Shown here: positions 9,747-20,116 of the stretch, piece after piece
How the letters are laid out: each line of letters opens with the position of its first letter
Position numbering within the stretch: the first letter of the stretch is position 1
Program-made: the position numbers and the translations under genes
Assembly: GCA_015068725.1 (NCBI GenBank)
Contig: SVKA01000002.1
Location: 51,207 to 115,206 of the forward strand
Direction of reading: 5' to 3'
Length of the DNA: 64,000 nucleotides
Origin: Oscillospiraceae bacterium
GTDB lineage: Bacteria > Bacillota > Clostridia > UBA1381 > UMGS1253
The notes under the pieces: generated by a model
Told to the model about the DNA's origin: nothing
The model's input: only the letters and a program-made list of their open reading frames with translations
Database searches by the model: none

Positions 9747-12700
9747 TCACCTCACTTCTTCTCTCATCATATCCCACACATCTGCCGCAGATGCCTTTTG
9801 ACACATTCTGTACCCACTTTTAGAGCGCGACACATCAAATTTACACACGCTTTTGTACCCACAATAAGCACATGTCGACGACACAGAATTTCTGTATGGC
9901 ATAATATCGATTTTTCCGCCTGCAATACTGTTTCCTATCTGTTTAAGTGAGCTTTTTACATAATCTGAAAGTATCTTAAACTGACTCATTGTTGCAAGCG
10001 ACGAATTTATCCTTATTTCGCCGCTGCTTGTCATCTTTACGGGCAAAAACTCAGAGCCATTTTCAAAGTTTCTGTCCATATCACGCACAATTTCGGCATC
10101 ATTTAATATAAGTCCGTCAAGCTTCATCGAATTTTTAAGCGCCGAAGCCGCCTCATCGTCCGAAATTTTAAAATCCGTCTTTATCATCGGCTCACGTATA
10201 TTAAAATATAACATTCCCGCAGGCTTTGCATCATTTTTCCCCTGCATCGCCGCCTCAAGATATAGGACAAGCTGCAAATCGAGCTTGTTATATATGCTTT
10301 CAAGGCTAAAGCTCTTCGAACCCGACTTATAATCAATTACACGGTAGTATACGCCGTCATCTGTTTCACACTTGTCAACTCTGTCAATCATACCATGTAT
10401 TTTAAGCTTTTTACCACTCGCAATATCAACCACAACCGCACTGATTTTTCCGTTATCACCAAACGTTATCTCACTTCCCACAGGCTCAAATCTGCCCGAT
10501 GCAATATGCATAACCAAAAGCTTTGCGCACCTTATCAAATTGCTTCTGAGTCTTTGAAGTATATACTTTGTGGCCTTTGTATCAAGCGATGATGCGCCAA
10601 GAATTTTTTCTCCCATCTCATCAAGAATTGCGCCTATAAGCGCCTCGGCATAGCTTTCATCAATATTTGACCACGCTATATTATCACGCGCTATTTTGTT
10701 TGTAAAGTCTTCAAGAACTGCATGCATAATAGTTCCAATATCGGGAGCGCCGATTTTTAGTATCTTTCTCTCCTTGGCTTTAAGTGTATATTCTATAAAA
10801 TACGAAAACGGACATCTTGCATAACGCTCAAGTCTGCTCACACTTGTATTTATTCCATTCGGATAAAGTGCATCAACCTGACGCGGCAAAAGATTTTTTG
10901 CATCGTATGAATATAAAAGCTCTCTTTCAAGCCTTGAAAGCTTTTCTTTATAATTATCCTTTGACATATACCACTTTTTAAGCGAAAGCACAAGCGCATC
11001 ATCACTTTGTTTTCCCATACGCATAGCAAGCTCACCAAACGTTGACATACAAGAGCCAAGAAAAATATCCTTTTCATCTTTATTGGTAAAATCGTCTGCC
11101 ACCTTAATCTTTGGAAAAATTGCGCACACCTTTTTACAAATCTGCGACTCAGGCAGCGCCGATGCGTCCATTTTTGACAGAGCATAGCTTATAAAAAGCT
11201 TTTTTGACGGTCTTGTCAGCGCTTTATAAATAAGAAAATCCGTATCAAATACCGACGCACGCGTTGTCGGCGCAAGTTCTGTTCCCATAGCTTCAATCGC
11301 CTCGCGCTCACTATCCGACAGCATTCCTTCACCGACAACATTTGACACAAATGTCCCTGTATTTGTACCAAGCGCAAACATATACGCACACTCCTGCGCA
11401 CGCGCATTTGATACATCAACAACCGATACGGCATCCGCCGACTGCGGAATTATACCCATCTGCTCTTTTAAAAATCCTGCTTCAAGCAGATTTCTAAGCT
11501 GCTCCATACCGATTTTTTTATCGCCCGATGTGAGCACAACCTGGTCAAGCACATTTAAAATGCTGTTCCATATTCTCGTATACAAATTCGCCTCTACAAG
11601 CTTTCCCTCGTTTTTAAATTCCTCTACCAATGCGGCAGTCTTTTTTTGCATATCAAGCTCGCACACAAAATTATATATCGCCTCGCACGCGTGAGCGCAG
11701 GTGTGTTTGCTTCCGATATTTTCGCGAAGCCTCATAAGCGGCAAGACAACTCTGCGCCTTATTTCATCAATCACTTCACTTTCCGCAGCATCACTGTCAA
11801 AAACGCCGCTTTTATATCTCCACGCCTCATCATCAAGCCATGCCTTTTTCTTTACGCCCGTTGCCAAAACATAATTTTCGAGCAAATCACATTCGTGCAT
11901 ATCCACATTGGCAAATCCCGTCTTTAAGTATGTAAATACGCTCTCATAACTAAAACCTTCTACCAAAATATCTATTGCCGACAATATGGTAAGCACCAAC
12001 GGATGCGCACAAAGGTCAATTTTTTCGCTAAGAAAGCACGGTATATCATAGCGCGAAAATATCATTTTCAAAGGCTCAAAATAAGCTTCGGCATCGCCGC
12101 AGCAAAGCGCAATTTCACGCCATCTTGCACCCTCATCACGCACAAGTGATAAAATGTTTTTTGCCGCATTTTCAATTTCCGAATACACATTAAGCATTTC
12201 AAAAACCGCAATATTTTTTGTCGGCTTATCATATTTTTCACCATCAATTTTTATATAATTTTTCTCAAGATGTAAAAGTTCCTCATTTTGCCCATGCAAA
12301 AAATTTTTGCCCATATATTCGCTATAAAATGGCACATTCTCGCTATCACATATATTTTTAAGCTTGAAATACGTTTTCGATGCACCCGCAAAAAATCCGT
12401 GAGCTCCGAGCGCTTTATCTGCGCACAGACAAAGCGTAATATCGCTCGCTTTTTTCAAAAAAACCTCAATCATCTTATAATGCTGGGGCAAAAAATCCGT
12501 AAACTCATCAATAAAAATATGGACTCCCTTTAAATAGTCGCTTTTTAAAAGCAAAGTGGCCGCCAGATATAAATTGTCTTCAAAATCGCTGTAATCCTCT
12601 AAAAACAGCTCGTCATATTTTTTGTATATAAGCGCCAAATCAGCAAGCTTTGCCGAAAGGGCAGCCTTGTCCGTACGCTTTGAAAGCTCAAAAAGCTGCT

Positions 12701-13103
12701 CGGGCGAAACTCCATAGCGTTTAAACTCCGAGATTATGCTCATAACCTTATCTGCAAACCCACTTTTTTTCGATGCCAGGCCATACGTTTCAAGCTCATT
12801 TTTGACAGACCACACCGCACGATAAGCAAGCATATTTTTTCCCGCAGGCGAGAGTGGCAGCTTTACCACGCCGCTGTTTTGTGCAAAAATACGTCCTGCA
12901 AGTCTTGTAAACGTAAGCACCTCAACAGTCTGCGAGCTTATTGCGCCGACATTTGAAACAATCAATTTTTCTGTGCGATAACAAAACTGCTCGGGCACAA
13001 TCACAATGCACCTCTCGCCCTCATCTATGTATTTTTTGATTTTTTCTATACACTTGTATGTCTTACCGCTTCCCACACGTCCATATAAAACATCAAAACG
13101 CAT
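9747..13103 (-). CDS. addB: ATP-dependent helicase/nuclease subunit B (AddB)
   Basis: 1118 aa. GRVGSGKT Walker A. C-terminal nuclease with Fe-S cysteines (CPFSYF ... CAYCGYKSVC) and IDYKSG. Sits directly upstream of addA. Confidence 0.95.
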   Translation of the reverse strand: MRFDVLYGRVGSGKTYKCIEKIKKYIDEGERCIVIVPEQFCYRTEKLIVSNVGAISSQTVEVLTFTRLAGRIFAQNSGVVKLPLSPAGKNMLAYRAVWSVKNELETYGLASKKSGFADKVMSIISEFKRYGVSPEQLFELSKRTDKAALSAKLADLALIYKKYDELFLEDYSDFEDNLYLAATLLLKSDYLKGVHIFIDEFTDFLPQHYKMIEVFLKKASDITLCLCADKALGAHGFFAGASKTYFKLKNICDSENVPFYSEYMGKNFLHGQNEELLHLEKNYIKIDGEKYDKPTKNIAVFEMLNVYSEIENAAKNILSLVRDEGARWREIALCCGDAEAYFEPLKMIFSRYDIPCFLSEKIDLCAHPLVLTILSAIDILVEGFSYESVFTYLKTGFANVDMHECDLLENYVLATGVKKKAWLDDEAWRYKSGVFDSDAAESEVIDEIRRRVVLPLMRLRENIGSKHTCAHACEAIYNFVCELDMQKKTAALVEEFKNEGKLVEANLYTRIWNSILNVLDQVVLTSGDKKIGMEQLRNLLEAGFLKEQMGIIPQSADAVSVVDVSNARAQECAYMFALGTNTGTFVSNVVGEGMLSDSEREAIEAMGTELAPTTRASVFDTDFLIYKALTRPSKKLFISYALSKMDASALPESQICKKVCAIFPKIKVADDFTNKDEKDIFLGSCMSTFGELAMRMGKQSDDALVLSLKKWYMSKDNYKEKLSRLERELLYSYDAKNLLPRQVDALYPNGINTSVSRLERYARCPFSYFIEYTLKAKERKILKIGAPDIGTIMHAVLEDFTNKIARDNIAWSNIDESYAEALIGAILDEMGEKILGASSLDTKATKYILQRLRSNLIRCAKLLVMHIASGRFEPVGSEITFGDNGKISAVVVDIASGKKLKIHGMIDRVDKCETDDGVYYRVIDYKSGSKSFSLESIYNKLDLQLVLYLEAAMQGKNDAKPAGMLYFNIREPMIKTDFKISDDEAASALKNSMKLDGLILNDAEIVRDMDRNFENGSEFLPVKMTSSGEIRINSSLATMSQFKILSDYVKSSLKQIGNSIAGGKIDIMPYRNSVSSTCAYCGYKSVCKFDVSRSKSGYRMCQKASAADVWDMMREEVR

Positions 13104-13165
13104 AATCTCACCTCCGCCAAACTAAAAAGGACGCATACACATAGTACGTTTATGCATCCTCCTTT

Positions 13166-13333
13166 TTATTCGCTCTCAGCCTCCAAAAACTTTTGCATTT
13201 GCGCAAAATACCCATCAAGCTCTACGCTTTTTGCATACAACACCTCTTCACTTATGCTGCTATCGGCTTTAAGCACATCAAGCTCTCTGCGCTTTTCACG
13301 AATTATATCTCTAAGCTCTTCATATCCGCACAT
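13166..13333 (-). CDS. Spo0E-like sporulation regulatory aspartyl-phosphate phosphatase (55 aa, below the ORF-track cutoff)
   Basis: Minus strand gives MCGYEELRDIIREKRRELDVLKADSSISEEVLYAKSVELDGYFAQMQKFLEAESE. AAAGGAGAG RBS about 7 nt upstream. All-helical small protein with an S-x-E-L-D motif resembling the Spo0E SQELD signature. Confidence 0.5.
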   Translation of the reverse strand: MCGYEELRDIIREKRRELDVLKADSSISEEVLYAKSVELDGYFAQMQKFLEAESE

Positions 13334-13363
13334 ATGCTTACTCTCCTTTTATCAAACACTCTT

Positions 13364-14188
13364 TTATTTTTCCTCTTGCTCACTCACATTATCATTTTCG
13401 GGCTTTTTCTTTTTAACAAAACGAATATACATATAAATCGCCAACGCACAAACAAACGCTGCCACCGCTGTAATCTGCGACATCGGAAGACCAAAAATTT
13501 TTAACACATATTCGTCCTGTCGTAGCGTTTCAAGAAAAATTCTGCCTGCGCTATACAACATAGCGTATAACAAAAATATCTCACCATTCACCTTTTTATA
13601 TTTTTGGTAGATTAAAACCAAAACCAATCCCAGAAGCATCCACGACGATTCATATAAAAACAAAGGCGCCACGCACGCTGTGCCGTTAATCGACATACCA
13701 AACAAAGAATCTGTAACGCCGCCATATACCTCGGCATTCACAAAGTTGCCAAAACGTCCTACAATCTGTCCAATCATAATTGCGGGCGCAGCCACATCAA
13801 ATAAAAGTCCCGTATCGATTTTCTTTATACGGCTGTATGTAAGACCGACTATAACAGCACCAATCAGCGCGCCAAATATGGCAATTCCGCCTTCCCACAC
13901 TGCAATAATCTTCCAAAAACCGCCATCAAGAATATCAGGGTCGCCTATCACATAGAAGATTCTGGCGCATATTATGCACGTCGGCACGCCCCACAAAACC
14001 ACATCAAGAATCGCATCTGCACCAATGCCTTCTTTTTTCGCGCGCCAAATTGCATAAAACACACCAAGCGCAAACCCAAGCGCAATAATAATGCCGTACC
14101 AGTATATAGGCTTACCGAATATAGAAAACGCAACGCGGTTTATCGTAAATTCAAGCCCAAGCCTTGGAAACGAAATGTTATTAATCAT
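13364..14188 (-). CDS. lgt: Prolipoprotein diacylglyceryl transferase
   Basis: INRVAFSIFGKPIYWYGIIIALGF, GRFGNFVN(A)E and GLPMSQ motifs. The ATG overlaps the upstream stop (TAATG). Confidence 0.95.
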   Translation of the reverse strand: MINNISFPRLGLEFTINRVAFSIFGKPIYWYGIIIALGFALGVFYAIWRAKKEGIGADAILDVVLWGVPTCIICARIFYVIGDPDILDGGFWKIIAVWEGGIAIFGALIGAVIVGLTYSRIKKIDTGLLFDVAAPAIMIGQIVGRFGNFVNAEVYGGVTDSLFGMSINGTACVAPLFLYESSWMLLGLVLVLIYQKYKKVNGEIFLLYAMLYSAGRIFLETLRQDEYVLKIFGLPMSQITAVAAFVCALAIYMYIRFVKKKKPENDNVSEQEEK

Positions 14189-15474
14189 TATGCACCTTCA
14201 CCGCTTTCATTGTTGTCAACAACTGACAAGGCACTCTTTGTTATGTCAAGATTTTTCTCTTTTCTTGAAAGTATATCTTCAAAGCTTATTGTTTGATATA
14301 CCTCTTTAAAGTCAAAATAGTTCATTCCTGATGAAAGAGCAAGCACAAAGCGATATCCGATACCTTCGGTCGAATTATACATGCGCACATAATTTCCCCA
14401 CACAATTTTCTTTGCTCTCTCATAATCCTCTTTCACGAGTGGCTCACCAAGCATTTCATATATAGTATCACGAACCTTTAACGGATCCTTTGACTCTCCC
14501 GAAATATCCACAAAAGCATACTCGCTATGACAGTCATAATCCGCGTCAAAGCTTTCGTTAATAAGTCCCTGTTCGTAAAGCGTTTTATATATTTTCGAGC
14601 TTTTTGAAAACAGCATTTCAAGAAGTATCTTTGTTTCAATCTCTTTTTTAAGAAGCTCTTTTCCCACCAAATCGGTTTGATTATCCTTAAATCCAAGAGC
14701 GAACAACGGCAGCGCAACATCAAGCTTTTTGTGAGCATACGATGACACTATTTCACACGGCTCTTTCGGATATAGTCTTTTTACAGGCGCATCAAGAGGC
14801 GCTGCTTTTTTAAGCGCTTCTTCTATGCAGGTATCTACATCCTCAATCTCTACATCACCCACAACAAATAAAACCATATTTGACGGGTGATAAAACACCG
14901 AATATATATCATACAAAATGTCTTTGTCAATCTGTGCAATACTTTCAACCGTTCCTGCAATATCATGCATTACATAACATTCTTTATACAAACAGCCCAG
15001 CAAATTAAAATATACCTGCCAATTCGGATCATCATCATACATCTTGATTTCCTGACCTATAATGCCCTGCTCCTTGTCGACGCTTTCCTTTGCAAAATAC
15101 GGATTTTGCACGAAATTTACAAGAATTTTAAGGCTTTCAAAAAAATTTGACGTAGCGTTAAAATAATATGCCGTTGTTGTAAAATTCGTAAACGCATTTG
15201 CGCTCGCACCAAGAAGTGCAAACTTGTCAAAAACGTTTCCGTCCTCTTCTTCAAATAACTTGTGCTCAAGAAAATGTGCCGTACCATCAGGGATGCTTAC
15301 AATCTTTCCACCCTTTTCAAACTTGCTTTCAAGGCTGCCATATTTTGTAGCAAACATAGCGTGGCACTTGTCGTAGCCTTTTTTCGGCATAACATACACC
15401 TCGGCGCCGCTTTCGTGCACGCCGTGATAAAGCACCTCATCTATAAATTCATTTTTTCTTATATCAAATTTCAT
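14188..15474 (-). CDS. M16 (pitrilysin/insulinase) family zinc peptidase, catalytically competent subunit
   Basis: HxxEH zinc motif present (GTAHFLEHKLFEE). Start is ambiguous (ATG at 15474 or 15486). The track's 15561 start overlaps the upstream gene. Confidence 0.85.
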   Translation of the reverse strand: MKFDIRKNEFIDEVLYHGVHESGAEVYVMPKKGYDKCHAMFATKYGSLESKFEKGGKIVSIPDGTAHFLEHKLFEEEDGNVFDKFALLGASANAFTNFTTTAYYFNATSNFFESLKILVNFVQNPYFAKESVDKEQGIIGQEIKMYDDDPNWQVYFNLLGCLYKECYVMHDIAGTVESIAQIDKDILYDIYSVFYHPSNMVLFVVGDVEIEDVDTCIEEALKKAAPLDAPVKRLYPKEPCEIVSSYAHKKLDVALPLFALGFKDNQTDLVGKELLKKEIETKILLEMLFSKSSKIYKTLYEQGLINESFDADYDCHSEYAFVDISGESKDPLKVRDTIYEMLGEPLVKEDYERAKKIVWGNYVRMYNSTEGIGYRFVLALSSGMNYFDFKEVYQTISFEDILSRKEKNLDITKSALSVVDNNESGEGA

Positions 15475-15526
15475 CTTATGATTCATTCCTTTCGATACTG
15501 CTGCCAAAGTGCCAAAATGCGATATT

Positions 15527-16819
15527 TTACTGTTTTCCGCAAAGAAAATACACCGTATCAAGCTTTATCGCATTAGCCGCCTTTATAACCTCATCTTTGC
15601 TGACGGCCTCTACCTTTTCACAAAGGCTTTCAATATCATCTGCCGCTCCTCTTATCATTGAGCTCATATGAAAATCAAGCATAGCATACTGACTGTCGCG
15701 CTGCGAACGGAGCATATTTACTATATACGCCTTTGCACTTGCAAGCTCATTTTCGCTAAAATCGCCGTCGCACACATTTTTAAGCTGAAGAAGGGTTTCA
15801 TCAAATGCTTTTTGATAATTCTGCGTTTCAATACCCATTCCGACGAGCACAGTATTTTTAAACTTTTCATATCTTGAAAAAGCGTAATACGCAAGGCTAA
15901 GCTTTTCTCTTACATTGTTAAAAAGCTTTGAGTGAGGGCCACCGCCCCAGACAGAATTTGTTACAAGCATCGCTGGATAATCAACATTTTCCACCACTCT
16001 GAATCCAAGCGAAAGCTTCGCCTGATTTGTGTCAAACTGCTCATTAACATTATTTACTTCACCAACGGTCGACACTATCTGTGTAGATGGGTACGGCGCG
16101 TCTGTGGTTTTTACATTTTCAAACGCATCTTTAATAAACTTTGAAAACTCATCTATATCAGTCTGGTCTGCATTTCCGCACACAAATATATCAATTTTGC
16201 TTTCCGAAAGAAGCTTTTTGTAATGCTCATAAAGCTCACAAGGCCCAATCGCCTCTGCGCCTTCTTTTGTGCCAAGGTCATTTGTGCCATACGCTTCATC
16301 TTTACACATAATTTCATAAAGACGCCAAAGGGCATACGACTGCTTGTCATTTACAAGTGCATCAATATTGTCGCACAAATTCTTTTTTTCACTCTCTACG
16401 TATTCACTTAAAAATGCTCCGTCTTTTATCATCGGCTTTAATATTATGTCAAACAAAAGCTCGCCGCACAAAAGCATTATGTTTTCCTCTCCAACATAAT
16501 ACCTGTTGGATATTGTAGAAATATCAAAGCATAAAATATGGTCCTCGCCGCGTTTTACAACTGAGCAGTTAAGTATCGCTCCGCAAAGGTCGCCAAGCTT
16601 TTTTTCAATTTCGTCAAATGTCGGATACTTTTTACATCCACGCTTTAGCACCATTGGCAAAAGTGCGTTTTTCGATGCATTTTCTGCGCATAAAGGCGTG
16701 TGAATATACACTCCAATCGTAGTTGTTTTAAACTTTTTATCATCAATACAATGTAGATTTACACCATCTTTTATCCTGATACTTCTCACTTTTTCCACCA
16801 CTTTCGATATTAATGCCAT
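15527..16819 (-). CDS. M16 family peptidase-like protein lacking the HxxEH motif (non-catalytic partner)
   Basis: 430 aa with M16 fold-like sequence. The position where HxxEH is expected reads NALLPMVLKRG. Paired with the downstream active M16 gene. Confidence 0.8.
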   Translation of the reverse strand: MALISKVVEKVRSIRIKDGVNLHCIDDKKFKTTTIGVYIHTPLCAENASKNALLPMVLKRGCKKYPTFDEIEKKLGDLCGAILNCSVVKRGEDHILCFDISTISNRYYVGEENIMLLCGELLFDIILKPMIKDGAFLSEYVESEKKNLCDNIDALVNDKQSYALWRLYEIMCKDEAYGTNDLGTKEGAEAIGPCELYEHYKKLLSESKIDIFVCGNADQTDIDEFSKFIKDAFENVKTTDAPYPSTQIVSTVGEVNNVNEQFDTNQAKLSLGFRVVENVDYPAMLVTNSVWGGGPHSKLFNNVREKLSLAYYAFSRYEKFKNTVLVGMGIETQNYQKAFDETLLQLKNVCDGDFSENELASAKAYIVNMLRSQRDSQYAMLDFHMSSMIRGAADDIESLCEKVEAVSKDEVIKAANAIKLDTVYFLCGKQ

Positions 16820-16928
16820 TTTTATTTATCCACTACACATATTTTATAACAATTACGCCTACATGTCAATTTTATTTTGCACAATGCGACATACTTTTCA
16901 TTGACACTTTTCGCCAACAAACGCCATT

Positions 16929-17909
16929 TTACAACGTAAAACTCTCTATTTGGTCAAAAGTCATCTCCCTTTGCAAAAACGTGTTGACTCCTCCTGCTAT
17001 AATCTTCGAAATTTTATTCATCGCCATATCAATTTCCTTGACCGTAAGCACCATATCCCCCACAGTCGGCATCAAAACCTGTCCTATAAGAGCATATTTT
17101 TCTTCATCCGAAAGCTTGTCTATAACAGAAAGTATCCCCTGTGTGCACTCGCCGCTGTTTTTTATCGCATCAAGCGTCATATCAAACGTATCATTTGTCA
17201 TCGTAACTGCATCAACCACCGTCGGCACACCGATTGCAACAACGTCCACACCAAGCGTATCACGACAAAGCGCCTTTCTGTTATTTCCAACGCCCGAGCC
17301 GGGATTTATCCCCGTATCCGAAATCTGAATTGTTGTATTTATTCTTTGGATTTTGCGCGCAGCAAGTGCATCAACGGCTATTACAAGGCCGGGCTTTACC
17401 CTTTCTGTTACACCCTTTACTATCTCCATAGTTTCAATCCCCGTAATGCCAAGCACTCCTGGCGCAAGCGCACACACAGACGATGCAAAAGAATCCGAAA
17501 TCTGCGGCATATGCTCAAACAGATGACGTGTTACAAGCATCTGCTCAACCACCTTTGGACCGAGCGCATCGGCACTGATGTTTCGGTTTCCAAGCCCTAC
17601 GACAAGCACCGGCTTTGATAAATCCATATCTATAATATACGAAAGCTCGCTTTTAAGCGCCTTACACATACTTTCATATTCATCTTTGCTTATATAATCA
17701 AGCGTATCCGCTTCAAGCGTAATATAATTGCCTATTGGCTTTGAAATCATTTTTGATGCATTTTCATCAAGCACCTCAACACGCGTAATTTTAATTCCAT
17801 TATCATTTTTTTCACTTATCTTTATGCCGTCTATATCACCTTGCTCACCTGTATTTTCCCTGTGCATTTCCGTTTCTTCAAGCGCAAGGTCTGTTCGTTT
17901 ATAAGTCAT
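16929..17909 (-). CDS. gpr: Germination protease (GPR endopeptidase)
   Basis: The N-terminus after start correction is MTYKRTDLALEE. GLGNRNISADALGP and ISDTGINPGSGVGN motifs are present. GAGGGTG RBS upstream of the ATG at 17907-17909. Confidence 0.9.
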   Translation of the reverse strand: MTYKRTDLALEETEMHRENTGEQGDIDGIKISEKNDNGIKITRVEVLDENASKMISKPIGNYITLEADTLDYISKDEYESMCKALKSELSYIIDMDLSKPVLVVGLGNRNISADALGPKVVEQMLVTRHLFEHMPQISDSFASSVCALAPGVLGITGIETMEIVKGVTERVKPGLVIAVDALAARKIQRINTTIQISDTGINPGSGVGNNRKALCRDTLGVDVVAIGVPTVVDAVTMTNDTFDMTLDAIKNSGECTQGILSVIDKLSDEEKYALIGQVLMPTVGDMVLTVKEIDMAMNKISKIIAGGVNTFLQREMTFDQIESFTL

Positions 17910-18076
17910 ATCTAACACCCTCAAATCATATAAATAATTTTTGTGCATCTTATTTGCCGTAATATTTTGCACGCACAAAAAAAATATATACAGAATATGT
18001 ATGTTAATTTAATTTTTTGCGTATTGATAATATAAAAATACCAATCATAAAAACTCATACAAAGGAGTGATTGCAA

Positions 18077-20002
18077 ATGAGCACAAAAGGCAAAAAAGAG
18101 CCGTACGGCTTTTCCGATTTTGATATGTATCTTTTCGGCATGGGAAAGGCCACCCGTTGTTATGAAATGCTCGGTGCACACGCAAAAAAAGAAAACGGTA
18201 TAGATGGTTATCGCTTTTCTCTGTGGGCGCCAAACGCAAAAGCCGTATCCGTAATTGGAAGCTTCAATGACTGGAACACACTAAAAAATCCCATGCAAAA
18301 GGTCGGTGAAGGAGGCATATGGCACACATTTATCGCAGGCGTAACAGATGGGTGCGCATATAAATACGCCATAACCGACAACGAAGGAAAAATCCACTAC
18401 AAATCGGACCCCTATGCCTTTTACTGCGAGCTTCGTCCAAACACCGCCTCAATTACATGCTCACTTGACTCATATAAATGGAACGATAAAAACTGGCAAG
18501 CAAAAAAGAAAAAGCAAAAGCCGTATGATAAACCAATACTTATTTACGAAGTCAACCCTGCCTCGTGGAAAAAAGATGAAAACAACGAATTTTTAAACTA
18601 TAAACAGCTTGCACACAGCCTTGTTGAATACGTCTTGAAAATGGGCTATACACATATCGAGCTTATGAGCATATGCGAGCATCCCTTTGACGGTTCGTGG
18701 GGATATCAGATTACAGGCTATTACGCCCCTACAAGCCGTTTTGGAAGCTATAAAGACTTTATGTATTTTGTAGACCTTTGCCACCAAAATCAAATAGGCG
18801 TAATTTTAGATTGGGTACCCTCGCATTTTCCCCGCGACGAGCACGGTCTACGACTTTTTGACGGCACCACATTGTACGAATACGCCGACTCACGAAAAGG
18901 CGAGCATAAGCAATGGGGCACACTTGTTTTTGACTATTCAAAAAACGAGGTAGTTTCATTTCTTATATCAAACGCGCACTTCTGGCTAAAAGAATATCAT
19001 ATTGACGGGCTTCGCGTCGACGCGGTATCGTCAATGCTCTACCTCGACTATGACCGAAACGACGGCGAATGGATAGCAAATATATATGGTGGCAATGAAA
19101 ACCTTGAAGCAATAGCATTTTTACAAAGCCTCAACAAATCAGTTTTTGAGCAGTTTCCAAACGCACTTATGATTGCCGAAGAATCAACCGCGTGGCCAAA
19201 AATCACAAAGCCCGTACACGAGGATGGTCTTGGCTTTAATTACAAGTGGAATATGGGATGGATGAACGATACTCTTTCCTATATGTCGATGGACCCGTAT
19301 TTTCGAAAATACAACCACAATATGCTTACATTTTTGATGCTCTACGCATTCTCGGAAAATTATATCCTGCCTCTTTCACACGACGAGGTAGTCTACGGCA
19401 AGCGGTCTTTAATCGAAAAAATGTACGGCTCATACGAAGAAAAATTTGCCCAACTCAAAATGTATTATGCCTATATGATGGCACACCCCGGTAAAAAGCT
19501 GTTTTTTATGGGTGCAGAATTTGGTCAGTTTTCCGAATGGTGCTGGGACAAAGAGCTTGACTGGATGCTTCTTGATTATGAAAGCCATAAAAAACTGCAT
19601 GAATACACAGCTATGCTTAATCATTTTTATAAAGAGCAAAAAGCCTTCTGGCAAATCGAGGACAGCTGGGATGGTTTTAAATGGATTAATGCAGACGACA
19701 AAGACAACAGCGTCATATCTTTTATACGAAACGCACGGGCAAAAGGCGAATACGTAATAACAGTATGTAACTTCACGCCCGTACGGCGCGAAAACTATGT
19801 CATAGGCGTACCTCAAAGCGGCGAATACCAAATTGTTTTTTCAAGTGATGAAGGTGTCGTTAACGCAAAGGATAAAACAAAAAATGCCATAAAAGCCGAA
19901 AAAAATGACTACAACAATTTTAAATACTCATTAAAGCTTGAACTTAAACCATTTACAACAATTTTTATAAAAAGACAAAAGCAAACAAGAGCCAAAGAGT
20001 AA
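18077..20002 (+). CDS. glgB: 1,4-alpha-glucan branching enzyme
   Basis: GH13 regions are present (GVILDWVPSHF, GLRVDAVSSMLY, MIAEESTAWP, LPLSHDEVV). ATG at 18077 lies 9 nt after GGAG. The track starts 6 nt earlier at a TTG. Confidence 0.95.
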   Translation: MSTKGKKEPYGFSDFDMYLFGMGKATRCYEMLGAHAKKENGIDGYRFSLWAPNAKAVSVIGSFNDWNTLKNPMQKVGEGGIWHTFIAGVTDGCAYKYAITDNEGKIHYKSDPYAFYCELRPNTASITCSLDSYKWNDKNWQAKKKKQKPYDKPILIYEVNPASWKKDENNEFLNYKQLAHSLVEYVLKMGYTHIELMSICEHPFDGSWGYQITGYYAPTSRFGSYKDFMYFVDLCHQNQIGVILDWVPSHFPRDEHGLRLFDGTTLYEYADSRKGEHKQWGTLVFDYSKNEVVSFLISNAHFWLKEYHIDGLRVDAVSSMLYLDYDRNDGEWIANIYGGNENLEAIAFLQSLNKSVFEQFPNALMIAEESTAWPKITKPVHEDGLGFNYKWNMGWMNDTLSYMSMDPYFRKYNHNMLTFLMLYAFSENYILPLSHDEVVYGKRSLIEKMYGSYEEKFAQLKMYYAYMMAHPGKKLFFMGAEFGQFSEWCWDKELDWMLLDYESHKKLHEYTAMLNHFYKEQKAFWQIEDSWDGFKWINADDKDNSVISFIRNARAKGEYVITVCNFTPVRRENYVIGVPQSGEYQIVFSSDEGVVNAKDKTKNAIKAEKNDYNNFKYSLKLELKPFTTIFIKRQKQTRAKE

Positions 20003-20007
20003 TGTGT

Positions 20008-20045
20008 GAGCAGTTTTTGCCATATAAGCATTAGAAAAACTGCTC
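20008..20045 (+). other. Stem-loop between glgB and glgC (possible processing or weak termination site)
   Basis: 11-bp perfect stem GAGCAGTTTTT / AAAAACTGCTC with a 16-nt loop. No downstream T-run. Confidence 0.3.
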
Positions 20046-20116
20046 ATAAATAGTATAATAACGCATAAAATATAACTTGCAAAAAGCAAAACTCTAACCG
20101 AAAGGAGATACCGTAT

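Noticed and set aside
16826-16834. DnaA-box-like 9-mer TTATCCACT near the minus-to-plus strand switch region (about 17-18 kb)
   Set aside because: It is a single imperfect box with no cluster, no AT-rich unwinding element pattern and no dnaA or dnaN nearby. This is not evidence for an origin.
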